64,000 bases of DNA from Rickettsiales bacterium (GCA_031279085.1 JAITJD010000009.1:23763-87762), one strand, 5' to 3'. Positions 29,098 through 39,164 are shown, counted from the first letter of the stretch. The notes: generated by a model not told the origin, from the letters alone. A program made the numbers and translations.

Positions 29098-30717
29098 TCA
29101 TTTGTCCTTGATGATTTTGCTCAATTTTTTTTCTAATTTCGGAACAATGGCAAGCCCGTCGTCAGACAAGTCGATCGCGCGCAAATAAGCGTCTTTCGCA
29201 AGCTTTGTATTGCCCAGCTCCAAATACAAATCGCCCAGCTGTTCAAACAAAGCAGAGCAGGATTCTGACACTTGCCCTACTCTTTCAATAAGCTCCAATG
29301 CTGATGCGGCGCCTTCTTTTGCCCTCACCGCCATGCCCAGCACATTCCAAAACTCCACATCAGTCGGGTTTTTACGCACCAAAGCGATCGCGTATTTATA
29401 GGCTGTTTCCAGCTCTCGTTTTTGAGCGGACCATATTTTGGATTGCATAGCCAGAATATTGGCATCAACGGGCAAAATATCAGCCGCGTCGCGTATATCG
29501 GACTGCGCGGATTCCATATCGTCGAACATAAAATAAATATTTGCGCGGCTTTTTAAGAAAAAAGCTTTTCCCTGGTCTGTCAGGTTGTCGTTTTTCAGCG
29601 CGAGGTCGACAACTCGCAAAGCTTTGTTTTTATCGCCTTTCTGCACATATTTTGCCACCAGTTTTGCAACTGCGGGAACAAACAAAGGATTTGCCTGGAC
29701 CGCGATTTCCAATTTGTCTATTTCATCGGTTTTCTCAGCCAGTCTTGTCAGAGCGAATGAATAAAAGGGGCTTTTCGGGTCAATCGAGTTGAAATATTTC
29801 TCGTAATCGCCGCCATTATTGAAGAAATATTGTCCGATGTAATAATTGACAGCGTTATTTTCTTCGGTTTTCTGCGATATTTCCGCAAGGCGCAGCATAA
29901 GAATCGAAAGATCGGAATACATCATGATCTGCGTATGGGACACATTCTGGACAAGACCAAAAGCCAATGCGTTGCGATATCCGCCGTAATCCGACCAATC
30001 TGGAGAAATTTTCACATTAAGCATGTACATGCCGCCGGGACGTTCTGTAAATTCTTTTTTAAGCTTTTCCGCCGCGTCAAACATTTTGTTGTGTTTATAA
30101 AAAGCGATCATGTACAAATAATCGTTTACATTGATAAAATCCACACTGACTTTTCCGAATTGCTTCGCGGCAAGCTCCGGCTTGTTTGTTTCGGCATAAA
30201 TCTGCCCGCGGACAAAGGATTTCCATGAATCGTTTGTTTTAAGCTTGCTTATGAACTTTAAAGATTCATCTGATTTGCCCAAAGCGACGCCAGACCAGAT
30301 GCGAAGAGGCGCCATTATTAAAGAATCGTCTTTTTTATGCTTGGCATATACAGATTTCCAATCATCTTTCCGCAGCAGATATGCGTCATGAATCAATTGT
30401 GATGCCGTGCCGGTTTCTTCCTTGAAAGAACCCGGGTTTTCCAAGACATTTCCGCTTAAAAAACCCGATAAAATCACGGTATTGCCGACAATGGGAATAT
30501 CTTTGTCTTGCAATGCGGCCGAAAATTCGACGGCTTTTTCGAAGTCATTTATATAAAGAGCGTGCTGGGCGGCAAGGAAAGCGCCGTATTTATTCGCTTG
30601 ATATTCATAGCGCAAAGCGTTTGTTTTAGCATAATCAAACGGCGAAAGAAAATAGCCCATCACAATTACGATGACAAGCGGGCATAAGATTGAGAATAAA
30701 TTTTTTATTTTGCTCAT
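29098..30717 (-). CDS. TPR-repeat protein with an N-terminal membrane anchor (hypothetical)
   Basis: 539 aa; one N-terminal TM helix followed by repeated helical-hairpin (TPR-like) sequence. Confidence 0.5.
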   Translation of the reverse strand: MSKIKNLFSILCPLVIVIVMGYFLSPFDYAKTNALRYEYQANKYGAFLAAQHALYINDFEKAVEFSAALQDKDIPIVGNTVILSGFLSGNVLENPGSFKEETGTASQLIHDAYLLRKDDWKSVYAKHKKDDSLIMAPLRIWSGVALGKSDESLKFISKLKTNDSWKSFVRGQIYAETNKPELAAKQFGKVSVDFINVNDYLYMIAFYKHNKMFDAAEKLKKEFTERPGGMYMLNVKISPDWSDYGGYRNALAFGLVQNVSHTQIMMYSDLSILMLRLAEISQKTEENNAVNYYIGQYFFNNGGDYEKYFNSIDPKSPFYSFALTRLAEKTDEIDKLEIAVQANPLFVPAVAKLVAKYVQKGDKNKALRVVDLALKNDNLTDQGKAFFLKSRANIYFMFDDMESAQSDIRDAADILPVDANILAMQSKIWSAQKRELETAYKYAIALVRKNPTDVEFWNVLGMAVRAKEGAASALELIERVGQVSESCSALFEQLGDLYLELGNTKLAKDAYLRAIDLSDDGLAIVPKLEKKLSKIIKDK

Positions 30718-30743
30718 AATTCCATTATGCTACAATAAATCAA

Positions 30744-31319
30744 ATGAATAATAAAGAAAAATTTGAAAAATATGCCGATTTGCTGCGCGAATGGTCGCAT
30801 AAAATTAATTTGGTTGCGCCCAGCACTTTGGAGTGCATAGAACAACGGCATTTTGCGGATAGCGCGCAGCTGGCGGAATATTTGCCGTCAAATGTGTTAA
30901 TTGCGGACTTGGGGGCAGGGGCGGGTTTCCCGGGCGTTATTCTGGCTATATTGGGTTGGGAAGTCATTGCGATAGAATCAATCGGCAAAAAAGCGAATTT
31001 CTTAAAGACTCTAAAAACTGAATTGGATTTGCCAAATTTGACTATTTTTCATGGTCGCGCCGAGGATTTTATAAAAAACCTTAAAAAGACCGGTAAAAAG
31101 CTTGTTTTTAGTGCGCGCGCATTTGCGCCGCTTGTCAAAATTTTAGACTATGTCGCACATACAAAAAGCCGGCTTTTTCTATTAAAAGGCCGGGATATTG
31201 ATACCGAAGTTTTAGCTGCAAAACAGAATTACACTTTTGATTATAAATTATATCCGTCAAAAACCGGCGACGGCTTTATAGTTATTATTGATAAAGTCAG
31301 TCAGAAAAAAATAGCATGA
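30744..31319 (+). CDS. rsmG: 16S rRNA (guanine527-N7)-methyltransferase RsmG (GidB)
   Basis: SAM-binding motif ADLGAGAGFPGVILAIL, 191 aa, immediately upstream of parAB. Confidence 0.85.
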   Translation: MNNKEKFEKYADLLREWSHKINLVAPSTLECIEQRHFADSAQLAEYLPSNVLIADLGAGAGFPGVILAILGWEVIAIESIGKKANFLKTLKTELDLPNLTIFHGRAEDFIKNLKKTGKKLVFSARAFAPLVKILDYVAHTKSRLFLLKGRDIDTEVLAAKQNYTFDYKLYPSKTGDGFIVIIDKVSQKKIA

Positions 31320-31412
31320 CATATTCTTATGAAATAAGATATATTGCATTGGTTTTACTGTATTTATTAATAAGTTTTTATTTTATAACAAAAGTCTTCT
31401 TGACTGTATCGT

Positions 31413-32240
31413 TTGTATTTTATATCGTATATCCGAAATACGGAAATAATGATAATGACAAAGATAATTGCGTTTGCTAATCAAAAAGGCGGGGTAGGCA
31501 AGACAACTACCGCGATAAATATTGGCGCATCGCTGGCCGCAATCAAAAAGCGGGTTTTATTGATTGATTTAGATCCTCAGGGAAATGCCGGAACCGGTCT
31601 AGGATTTATTCGCGCGGCGCATCCGCAGAATGTTTATGGGGTTATAATGGGTACCGCGAGCGCCGCCGATAATATTTTATCCACGGCTGTGCCCGGGCTG
31701 CATATTTTGCCTTCCAATCCGTCTTTATCTGGCGCCGAGGCGGAGTTGCTGGACATGGACAACCGCGAATATCGTTTGCGGGATTCATTGGGGCAGGTCA
31801 GGGAGCATTATGATTATATTTTGCTGGACTGTCCGCCGGCCTTGGGGTATTTGACTTTGAATGCTTTTACGACCGCCAATTTTGTGATTGTTCCATTGCA
31901 GTGCGAATTTTTCGCTCTGGAAGGCGTCCAGCATTTGGTTAATACAATAAGCGAAGTTCGGAAAAACTGGAATCCAGAGCTGGAAATCCTGGGCGTTTTG
32001 CTGACAATGTATGACAAACGTTACGGCCTTACAAAAGCTGTGGAAGAAGATGTTCGCGCGACATTTGGCGACAAAGTGTTCAAAACCGTGGTGCCGCGCA
32101 ATGTTCGCGTTTCCGAAGCGCCCAGCCATGGAAAACCGGCTTTATTTTACGACTTCAATTCTTCCGGCGCGCAGGCTTATTTGCGGGTGGCCACGGAAAT
32201 CGTCAATGCGGGGGCCGGCGGGCCGGCGGGCGGCGATTGA
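31413..32240 (+). CDS. parA: Chromosome partitioning ATPase ParA (Soj)
   Basis: Deviant Walker A NQKGGVGKTTTAINIG, 275 aa. Confidence 0.9.
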   Translation: MYFISYIRNTEIMIMTKIIAFANQKGGVGKTTTAINIGASLAAIKKRVLLIDLDPQGNAGTGLGFIRAAHPQNVYGVIMGTASAADNILSTAVPGLHILPSNPSLSGAEAELLDMDNREYRLRDSLGQVREHYDYILLDCPPALGYLTLNAFTTANFVIVPLQCEFFALEGVQHLVNTISEVRKNWNPELEILGVLLTMYDKRYGLTKAVEEDVRATFGDKVFKTVVPRNVRVSEAPSHGKPALFYDFNSSGAQAYLRVATEIVNAGAGGPAGGD

Positions 32241-32318
32241 CAATATATACAAGGCAGAGCCGGCAGATGTTTTGCATCTGTCAAAAACAGGCGCTTGTCA
32301 AATGAAAAGGATTTTATT

Positions 32319-33194
32319 ATGAGCAAATTCGGACTCGGCAAAGGTTTGGCGGAATTAAAGGCGGAAATGGGAAATATTCCCGATATTTCTGTTTTGACCG
32401 GCAGCGAAAGGGTGGCGGTTAGACAAATTCCGCTTGTGCAGATTGGCGCGAATCCCGATCAGCCTCGCAAGACTTTTACAGAAAATGAATTAGAGGATTT
32501 GGCGGCCTCCATCAAAGAAAAGGGCGTTTTGCAGCCGATATTGGTGCGCGCGGTCAAAGGGCGCCCGCATGCTTATGAAATTGTCGCGGGCGAGCGGAGA
32601 TTCCGCGCCAGCAAAATGGCCGGACTGGCGGAAATACCGGCGCTTGTCAAAACACTGACAGATGATAATGCGCTGGAGCTTGCGCTGATTGAAAATGTGC
32701 AGCGCGAAAACCTGAATCCGATTGAAGAAGCATCGGCATATAAAAATCTGATGGAAAAATGCGGTTATGAATTAACCGATGTTTCGCGCATGATAGGCAA
32801 ATCGCAAAGCCATATCAGAAATATGATGAGATTGCTGGATTTGCCAAATAAAATCAAAGAAATGGTGGGGCAGGGCGCTATTTCCGCATCGCATGCGCGC
32901 ACAATCGCGGTTGCGGAGAATCCGGAGAATCTGGCGCGTGAAATCATTTCAAAAAATATGTCGGTGGCGGAAACTGAGAAAAAGGTAAAGGAATCCGCCC
33001 GTTCTGCAAAAAGCCGGTCTTTTTTATCAAATTCAATGCCAAAGGCCCAGGTTCGGGAAATTGAGTCAAAGATAAAGAACGCGCTGGGCGCGACCGTTCG
33101 CCTGCGTGAAAAAAAAGGCGGGGCGGGCGAGATAATCCTGGCCTTTGAAACCCGCATTCAGATGCGCGAACTGGTGGACAAACTGACGAAATAA
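32319..33194 (+). CDS. parB: Chromosome partitioning protein ParB (Spo0J)
   Basis: ParB box AGERRFRASKMAGL, an HTH region, and a C-terminal dimerisation domain. Start is placed at the ATG preceded by SD aaaagga; the ORF track has an alternative upstream ATG at 32295. Confidence 0.88.
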   Translation: MSKFGLGKGLAELKAEMGNIPDISVLTGSERVAVRQIPLVQIGANPDQPRKTFTENELEDLAASIKEKGVLQPILVRAVKGRPHAYEIVAGERRFRASKMAGLAEIPALVKTLTDDNALELALIENVQRENLNPIEEASAYKNLMEKCGYELTDVSRMIGKSQSHIRNMMRLLDLPNKIKEMVGQGAISASHARTIAVAENPENLAREIISKNMSVAETEKKVKESARSAKSRSFLSNSMPKAQVREIESKIKNALGATVRLREKKGGAGEIILAFETRIQMRELVDKLTK

Positions 33195-33229
33195 TAAATC
33201 GCATTTTTAATGTTTTTTTATTTTGACGC

Positions 33230-33805
33230 TTGCATTGTTTCATAAAAATAAATAATATCAATATCATGTTGACAAAAAACATGTATATTAAAATCTTGAA
33301 GTCAAGCGACCTGGAAGTAATGGTCGGTTTGCAAACACGGGTTTTGGCGGCTTTGGAAAATGATTATTTTCTGAAATGCCGGAGTGTTGCCGACTGGCGC
33401 ATGATGCTGGGCAGCGAAGATTATGTTGTCTATGGAATCTATGACAAGGATCGGCTGATCGCCAGCGCTACGATACATTTTCCAAATGGCGTGGATTATC
33501 GCGATATTCCCGAGTTCTCGCCGGTTCCGGACGAAGAATTGGCGATTTTCCAAGCCGTCATGGTTGACAAGGATTACCGCAGAATGGGATTGATGCGCGT
33601 ATTGCAGGATCTTCGCAAAGGCGCCGCGATAAGGCGCAAGCGCGGAAAGATAATATGCAAGATATCAGCGGATAATTTGATCAGCTGCAAAAATGCGATA
33701 AATTACGGCTTTCATGCGGTCAAAGTCGCGCCGGACGACAGCGGGCATAACAAGATGTATTTTATCAAGAAATTAAACCTCGCACAGGGCTTTTTAACTA
33801 AATAA
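33230..33805 (+). CDS. GNAT-family N-acetyltransferase (probable)
   Basis: 191 aa; acetyl-CoA-binding-like segment QAVMVDKDYRRMGLMRVL and a GNAT beta-alpha pattern. Confidence 0.45.
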   Translation: MHCFIKINNINIMLTKNMYIKILKSSDLEVMVGLQTRVLAALENDYFLKCRSVADWRMMLGSEDYVVYGIYDKDRLIASATIHFPNGVDYRDIPEFSPVPDEELAIFQAVMVDKDYRRMGLMRVLQDLRKGAAIRRKRGKIICKISADNLISCKNAINYGFHAVKVAPDDSGHNKMYFIKKLNLAQGFLTK

Positions 33806-33842
33806 AGATAAAAAGCCGGCATAATCTGTTCTTTTAACTGTT

Positions 33843-34472
33843 TTATTGACCTGTATAATAGCAAGTTTGCATAAATTGCCAGTTTCCTGAATAATCGCTG
33901 CCATTAGGCGGCGAGGCATAGCATTTGCTTATTGTGGTATTATCTCCCGCGACGCTGGTTCCGCCTGTCGGGCAAATCTCGCAGCCGGAAGTTCCATTAT
34001 GGCTTAATCCATAATACCCCGCCGCACAACGATAGGTGGTTGAAGAGTTGCAAGTATTGCAGCTGCACGATTTGGTTGTCTTTTTCTGGTATCCTGTCCC
34101 GTATGCGCTCCAATCCGCATCGCTGGTGCAATTCATGCAGCCGGTGCAATTCGACTGGCAAATATTAAAATTAAAGGTGCAGCCGCTATAATTGATACTT
34201 TTTTGCGTCAAAACATAATTGGTTTGGCAAGAAGTGCACGTTATAACAGCAATACCGCCATCGAGATTGTAGCAGTTTTTTGAATAATACAAACAACCTG
34301 AAAGTTCAGGATTTACATCTCCGCCAACAGTAGTGGGGAAATAGTAGTCATTGATAACCGTTTCGCTGCCCATGCAGGCTAACGGGTTTGTGCAAGATGA
34401 TGCGGCAACGCATTGTCCGGTGATAAGAATTAACATGAATCCAAGAAAAAAACCACCCTTTGGATTAGGCAT
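33843..34472 (-). CDS. Cysteine-rich secreted protein (about 20 Cys in 209 aa, many CxxC motifs), hypothetical
   Basis: N-terminal signal peptide MPNPKGGFFLGFMLILITGQCVAASS, then repeated CxxC units (CTSC, CTGCMNC, CSCNTC, CEIC) and a Gly/Ser/Thr/Asn-rich composition. The region looks AT-richer by eye than its neighbours. Confidence 0.5.
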   Translation of the reverse strand: MPNPKGGFFLGFMLILITGQCVAASSCTNPLACMGSETVINDYYFPTTVGGDVNPELSGCLYYSKNCYNLDGGIAVITCTSCQTNYVLTQKSINYSGCTFNFNICQSNCTGCMNCTSDADWSAYGTGYQKKTTKSCSCNTCNSSTTYRCAAGYYGLSHNGTSGCEICPTGGTSVAGDNTTISKCYASPPNGSDYSGNWQFMQTCYYTGQ

Positions 34473-34523
34473 ATCGGGGGGTTCAAAATGTCGCAGAAAT
34501 CATGGATTTTAAAAAATAAAAAA

Positions 34524-34557
34524 ATGCCTAAAATAAACGGTGGTTTAGATTAGGCAT
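34524..34557 (-). terminator. Rho-independent terminator of the tripartite exporter operon
   Basis: Inverted repeat atgcctaa...ttaggcat; on the minus strand it is followed by a T-rich run (plus-strand A13 at 34511-34523). Confidence 0.5.
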
Positions 34558-34632
34558 ACATCTTTTGAAGCTATTCTATTGCTTTTTCATGGTTTTAGTC
34601 AACTAAATTCGTATAAAATATTTGAATATTAT

Positions 34633-35850
34633 TCATTCGTACCTCAGGCTGTCTATCGGATTTAGTTTTGCGGCTTTTATAGCTGGCATAACGCCGGACG
34701 ACAAGCCGACTACAATCGCCACGCTGACCGATAAGACCACGGGCCAAATGCTGAACGGAACGTTATATTCCAATATCAGTCGTCCGACCCCTTGCGATAA
34801 TCCGACCCCCAGCAGCAGACCGGCCATGGATCCGATAAAAGAAATTAATATAGATTCGGACAAAAACTGAATGATTATGTGAATTTCGCGCGCGCCGATG
34901 GCTTTTCTTATGCCTATTTCCCGCGTGCGCTCCGCCACCGACACCAACATCATGTTCATGATTCCGATAGAGCCGACCAGCAGCGAAACACCGGCAATCG
35001 CAATAAGCAGCAGTTTCATATAACCGGTCACAGTATTCATGGTTTCCATAACCTGTTTCATATCCATGATTTGAAAATCGTCCTCGTCCGTGTCTTTCAG
35101 TTTATGGCGTTCGCGCAGGATTGCCGTTATCTGCTCGGTCGCCAGCACATTGTCGGCGTCCGCATAAAGCTTCAGCGAAATCATGCCGACGCTTTCTGGG
35201 AAACGGCTGCCCTGCAATCGCTTTTTCAAAGTGGTCAGGGGGATTATTATCATGTCGTCCTGACTTCCCATTGCGGAATCTCCGCGCTCTTTGGTAACGC
35301 CGATAATCACAAAAGGAGTGTTTTGCACGCGTATAATCTCGCCCAGCGGATTTTCTGGCAAATCCAGCTCTCGGGCTGTTTTGGGTCCGATTATGGCGTA
35401 AGTGGACCCGTTGCGCACGGCAGACATGTCAAAAAAAGTGCCTTTTTCGATTTCTATATTCTGAACGGACACATAATCCGGATAAGCGCCCACCATGCTG
35501 GAAGACCAGTTTTTGTTTCCATAGATGATTTGTGCGGCGGCGTTTTGTATCGGGCTGACCGCGGCGACATCCGGCAGGCTGGCGATTACATCGGAATCGG
35601 AAATTTTCAATGTCTGGCGGTTTCCTGTTCTGACGCCGCCCGTTTGCGCCGCGCCAGCGCGAATCATGATTGTGTTCGTCCCCAGCGCCGAGAATTGGTC
35701 GCTTATCTGCTTTTGCACGGTTTCGCCGACCGCGACCATTATCACCACGGCCATAACGCCTATAATGATGCCCAGGACGGTCAGAAAAGACCGGATTTTA
35801 TTTCCGCTGATGGACAGCCAGGATTCTTTCAAGATATCGTTAAAACTCAT
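34633..35850 (-). CDS. ABC transporter permease, MacB type (periplasmic core domain plus FtsX-like 4-TM domain)
   Basis: 405 aa; N-terminal TM, a large periplasmic domain, and C-terminal FtsX-family TM helices (IGIRKAIGA motif). Confidence 0.85.
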   Translation of the reverse strand: MSFNDILKESWLSISGNKIRSFLTVLGIIIGVMAVVIMVAVGETVQKQISDQFSALGTNTIMIRAGAAQTGGVRTGNRQTLKISDSDVIASLPDVAAVSPIQNAAAQIIYGNKNWSSSMVGAYPDYVSVQNIEIEKGTFFDMSAVRNGSTYAIIGPKTARELDLPENPLGEIIRVQNTPFVIIGVTKERGDSAMGSQDDMIIIPLTTLKKRLQGSRFPESVGMISLKLYADADNVLATEQITAILRERHKLKDTDEDDFQIMDMKQVMETMNTVTGYMKLLLIAIAGVSLLVGSIGIMNMMLVSVAERTREIGIRKAIGAREIHIIIQFLSESILISFIGSMAGLLLGVGLSQGVGRLILEYNVPFSIWPVVLSVSVAIVVGLSSGVMPAIKAAKLNPIDSLRYE

Positions 35851-35891
35851 TTTTCAAAACCATGTTTTTTTATTGCGCCCGTCAGTTGTTT

Positions 35892-36611
35892 TTATAAATT
35901 CATTTCGTTTTTCGGGATTTTCCCGTCATAGTTTATGCGTCCGTCCCGGATATGAATCAGGCGGTCGGAATACTTCGCGATATCGAATTCATGGGTAATC
36001 ATGACGATTGTGATGCCCATATCATTGTTAAGCTTTTTGAAGAAATTCAAGATTTCATTGCCCATTTTGCTATCCAGCGCGCCGGTCGGCTCGTCAGCCA
36101 GGATAAGCTTTGGATCGCCGGCCAGCGCGCGCGCGATGGCCGCGCGCTGCTTCATGCCGCCGGACAGCTGGGTCGGCAGGTATGTTTCAAAACTGTCCAG
36201 CCCGACGCGTTTCAGCATTTCGCGCGCGCGGCGGACGCGTTCGTCCATGTTCATTCCGCGGTACATCAGGGGCAGCATCACATTGTCCAGAACCGACCGC
36301 TTAGACAGCAGGTTGAAGTTCTGAAAGACGAATCCGATATGCTCGTTTCTTATGACGGCCAGCTCGTCGTCGGTCATATTGGTGATGTCTTGGCCGTAAA
36401 GCTGATATGTGCCGGATGTCGGAGTGTCCAGCGCGCCGATTATGTTCATGCAGGTGGATTTTCCGCTGCCGGACGGCCCCATTATTGAAATAAATTCGCC
36501 GACCTTGATGTCAAAGGTCAGGTCGAACAAAACCTGCTGGCTGCCGCCCATTTCTATGGGGAAGCTTTTGCAGATTTTGTTCATTGAAATAATGTTTTTC
36601 TTTGGAGGCAT
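35892..36611 (-). CDS. ABC transporter ATP-binding protein (MacB/LolD-type)
   Basis: Walker A GPSGSGKST, signature LSGGMKQRAAIARAL, Walker B ILADEPTGALD, H-loop ITHE, 239 aa. Confidence 0.9.
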   Translation of the reverse strand: MPPKKNIISMNKICKSFPIEMGGSQQVLFDLTFDIKVGEFISIMGPSGSGKSTCMNIIGALDTPTSGTYQLYGQDITNMTDDELAVIRNEHIGFVFQNFNLLSKRSVLDNVMLPLMYRGMNMDERVRRAREMLKRVGLDSFETYLPTQLSGGMKQRAAIARALAGDPKLILADEPTGALDSKMGNEILNFFKKLNNDMGITIVMITHEFDIAKYSDRLIHIRDGRINYDGKIPKNEMNL

Positions 36612-36612
36612 T

Positions 36613-37821
36613 TTATCTCCGTCCGTCGGCCATGCCGCCGCCGCCCATTCTCATTCCAGTGTTGCCGGTTGCGGCCTGGCCGAGTTTGCCCGTGATTATT
36701 TTATCGCCGTTTTGCAAGCCGTCGGCGATAATTTCCGTTTCAGTCGCCGTAATCAGACCCTTTCCATAAGGAACCAGGATTACTGTCTTGCCGCGCTCTA
36801 TCGCCAAATGCGTTTTTGGCGTGGCATCGCCAGGATTATCAACTATTCCGTTAAAAGTGCGGGTCAGAAACGCCGAATTCGGAGATTTCCAAACATCGTT
36901 CTTTTCATTTATCATGATCGTCACAAAAGCCGTCATTCCGGGCATAAGGCGCAGATCGGAATTATCCAGGTTTATTACGACGGTATAAATGACGACATTT
37001 GAAGAAGTTGTCGGCGACAGGCGGATTTGCCGGACTTCGCCGTTAAATATCTGACCCGGGTAGGCGTCCACGGTGAATGTTACAGACTGTTTTTCCTTTA
37101 TCATTCCAATATCAGCCTCGGACACGGAAGTTTCAATCTGCATCTGGGACAAGTCTTCGGCAATTTCAAACAGATCGGGCGTCTGAAAGCTGGCGGCAAC
37201 CGTCTGGCCTTTGTCCACCTTGCGGGAAATTACAGTTCCGTCCACCGGAGATATAATGGTGGCATAGCCGAGATTGGTCATCGCTCGGTCGTATTGTGAT
37301 TGAGCGCGTTTTACCGCTTGTTCCGCCTGTTCGTAGTTTGTTTGCGATTGCTCCATTTCCGCGCGGGCGATAAAGCCGTCGGAATAAAGCGTCTTGTTGC
37401 GGTTAAATTCGTTTTTGGCGTAGTTGCGCTGGGATTCGCTGCTGACCAGCGATGCCTTGGCCTCATCAACCGACGCCTGCAAGACCAGGGGATCGATAGT
37501 CAGCAGAACATCGCCCTTTTTGACCTTGGAATTGTAATCGACGAATATTTTTTCAATATTGCCGCTGACTTGGCTGCCGACCTTGATTGTATTCAGCGGG
37601 CGGATTTCTCCGGTTGCTGTCACAACCTGGCGCAAGTTGCCGCGCGTAATAGCGACAGTGGCATATTTGTTTTCATTTGTTCCGGAACCGCCAAAAATAA
37701 AGGTCAAAGACAAAATGGCGAAAATCAGAATCAGCAGCCACCATTTAAGGCGCCAGATTTTTTTCAAAATCTTTCCCGCAAATCCTTTTTTCTTTATTTT
37801 TTCTTCGTTATTTTTTTTCAT
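36613..37821 (-). CDS. Periplasmic adaptor subunit (HlyD/MacA membrane-fusion protein family)
   Basis: N-terminal TM anchor, a coiled-coil hairpin, and lipoyl and beta-barrel domains, 402 aa. There is a 4-nt overlap with the upstream TolC-like gene. Confidence 0.85.
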   Translation of the reverse strand: MKKNNEEKIKKKGFAGKILKKIWRLKWWLLILIFAILSLTFIFGGSGTNENKYATVAITRGNLRQVVTATGEIRPLNTIKVGSQVSGNIEKIFVDYNSKVKKGDVLLTIDPLVLQASVDEAKASLVSSESQRNYAKNEFNRNKTLYSDGFIARAEMEQSQTNYEQAEQAVKRAQSQYDRAMTNLGYATIISPVDGTVISRKVDKGQTVAASFQTPDLFEIAEDLSQMQIETSVSEADIGMIKEKQSVTFTVDAYPGQIFNGEVRQIRLSPTTSSNVVIYTVVINLDNSDLRLMPGMTAFVTIMINEKNDVWKSPNSAFLTRTFNGIVDNPGDATPKTHLAIERGKTVILVPYGKGLITATETEIIADGLQNGDKIITGKLGQAATGNTGMRMGGGGMADGRR

Positions 37822-39164
37822 TTACTGTCTCCTATCTCCGATTTTATATCACCGATGGCCAGCGCGACAGCGGCGCGCTTTGTGAATAAGTCGTATTTTG
37901 CGGCGTTGTTCTGCTTTTGAGCGCTGGCCAGTTCGCCTTGAGCCGTCTGCCAGTCCAGCATAGTCGCGCGGCCGACCTTGTACATTCCGGCCGTTACTTT
38001 TTCGCTTTCGGTTGCAGATTTTAACAAAGTTTCTGTCTGGCGCAGCACGGTCTGGGCGGTTTTATAGTTCTGGTATGCGGTGAATATGTCCAAAGCCACC
38101 GAATCGACGGCCGCCCGCTCAGTTTCTTTGGCGCGGTCATAGTTCGCTTCGGCCGCCCGCATCCCGTATAAATTCGCAAAGCCCGCGAAAATAGGCATGG
38201 ATGCGCGAATTCCGACGCTGCCGCTTATCTTGTCAGTTCCCGGATTATAGGCGCTGGACGAAACATCATTGTATGATATGGAGCCTGTTGCGGAAATACT
38301 TGGCAGATTGCTTAAAAAGACGCTGTTGCGCCGGTGCCATGCGGCATCTTTGTTGGCGGTCGCGCGCAGCAAGTCCGGCCGAGATTTTTCGGCGGCGTTT
38401 ATCAGCTCGTCAATGCTTTTATTTTCTGTTGATTTTCCAAAATCGGACGGCATGTCCGCGATTTGTATATTTTGGTTTGCCGGAAAGGATAATTTGGAAA
38501 GCAGAGTGCCTTTGGCCACTTCGCGATTGTTTTTCGCGCGCTCTAATTCCAAATCCCGACTGGCAAGCGTGGTGTCCGCCTTTAAGACATCAGCTCTGGC
38601 GACGCTGCCGGCCTTGAATTTTTTATTTGCGGTGTCCAGCGCGGTTTGCGCCACTTTTTTCAGCGACTCTGCGGTCGCGACATCCGCGTCAGCTGTCAGC
38701 AGCGCGTAATAAGCGCCTATGACGCCATAGACATAATTTTGAACTGATTCATCATAATCGAATCCTGTGGAGCGCCATACGGCGGCCAGCTGATTCAGAT
38801 CCGACAATCGTTTGCCGAAATCGAAAATCAAATAAGATGCGGACAAAGACGCGCTCTTAGTCCATTCGTCAGACCATTCTTTGTTTTGATAGTTTTTTGT
38901 CATGCTGGCGCTGGCTGAAATATTGGGCAGATAAGGCGCGTATCCCGCGTTCTTGTTCAGGCGCGCGGCCTCCAAAGCCAGGTATGATGCCGATGTCTGC
39001 GGATTTCTGCAAAGTCCAAGCTCAATGACTTGTTGCAAGGAAAGCTCTTCAACCGGCACATTCTTCTGCGAATAGCAATCTGATGCCGCATTTGCCGCAA
39101 AAGAACAAAGGACAAAAAATAAAGAATAAAAAAAACTGCTTGGTTTCATAATAATCCTCTCCAT
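37818..39164 (-). CDS. TolC-family outer membrane efflux protein
   Basis: Signal peptide followed by two TolC-like repeats of alpha-helical and beta segments, 448 aa. It is the first gene of the minus-strand operon. Confidence 0.8.
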   Translation of the reverse strand: MERIIMKPSSFFYSLFFVLCSFAANAASDCYSQKNVPVEELSLQQVIELGLCRNPQTSASYLALEAARLNKNAGYAPYLPNISASASMTKNYQNKEWSDEWTKSASLSASYLIFDFGKRLSDLNQLAAVWRSTGFDYDESVQNYVYGVIGAYYALLTADADVATAESLKKVAQTALDTANKKFKAGSVARADVLKADTTLASRDLELERAKNNREVAKGTLLSKLSFPANQNIQIADMPSDFGKSTENKSIDELINAAEKSRPDLLRATANKDAAWHRRNSVFLSNLPSISATGSISYNDVSSSAYNPGTDKISGSVGIRASMPIFAGFANLYGMRAAEANYDRAKETERAAVDSVALDIFTAYQNYKTAQTVLRQTETLLKSATESEKVTAGMYKVGRATMLDWQTAQGELASAQKQNNAAKYDLFTKRAAVALAIGDIKSEIGDSK

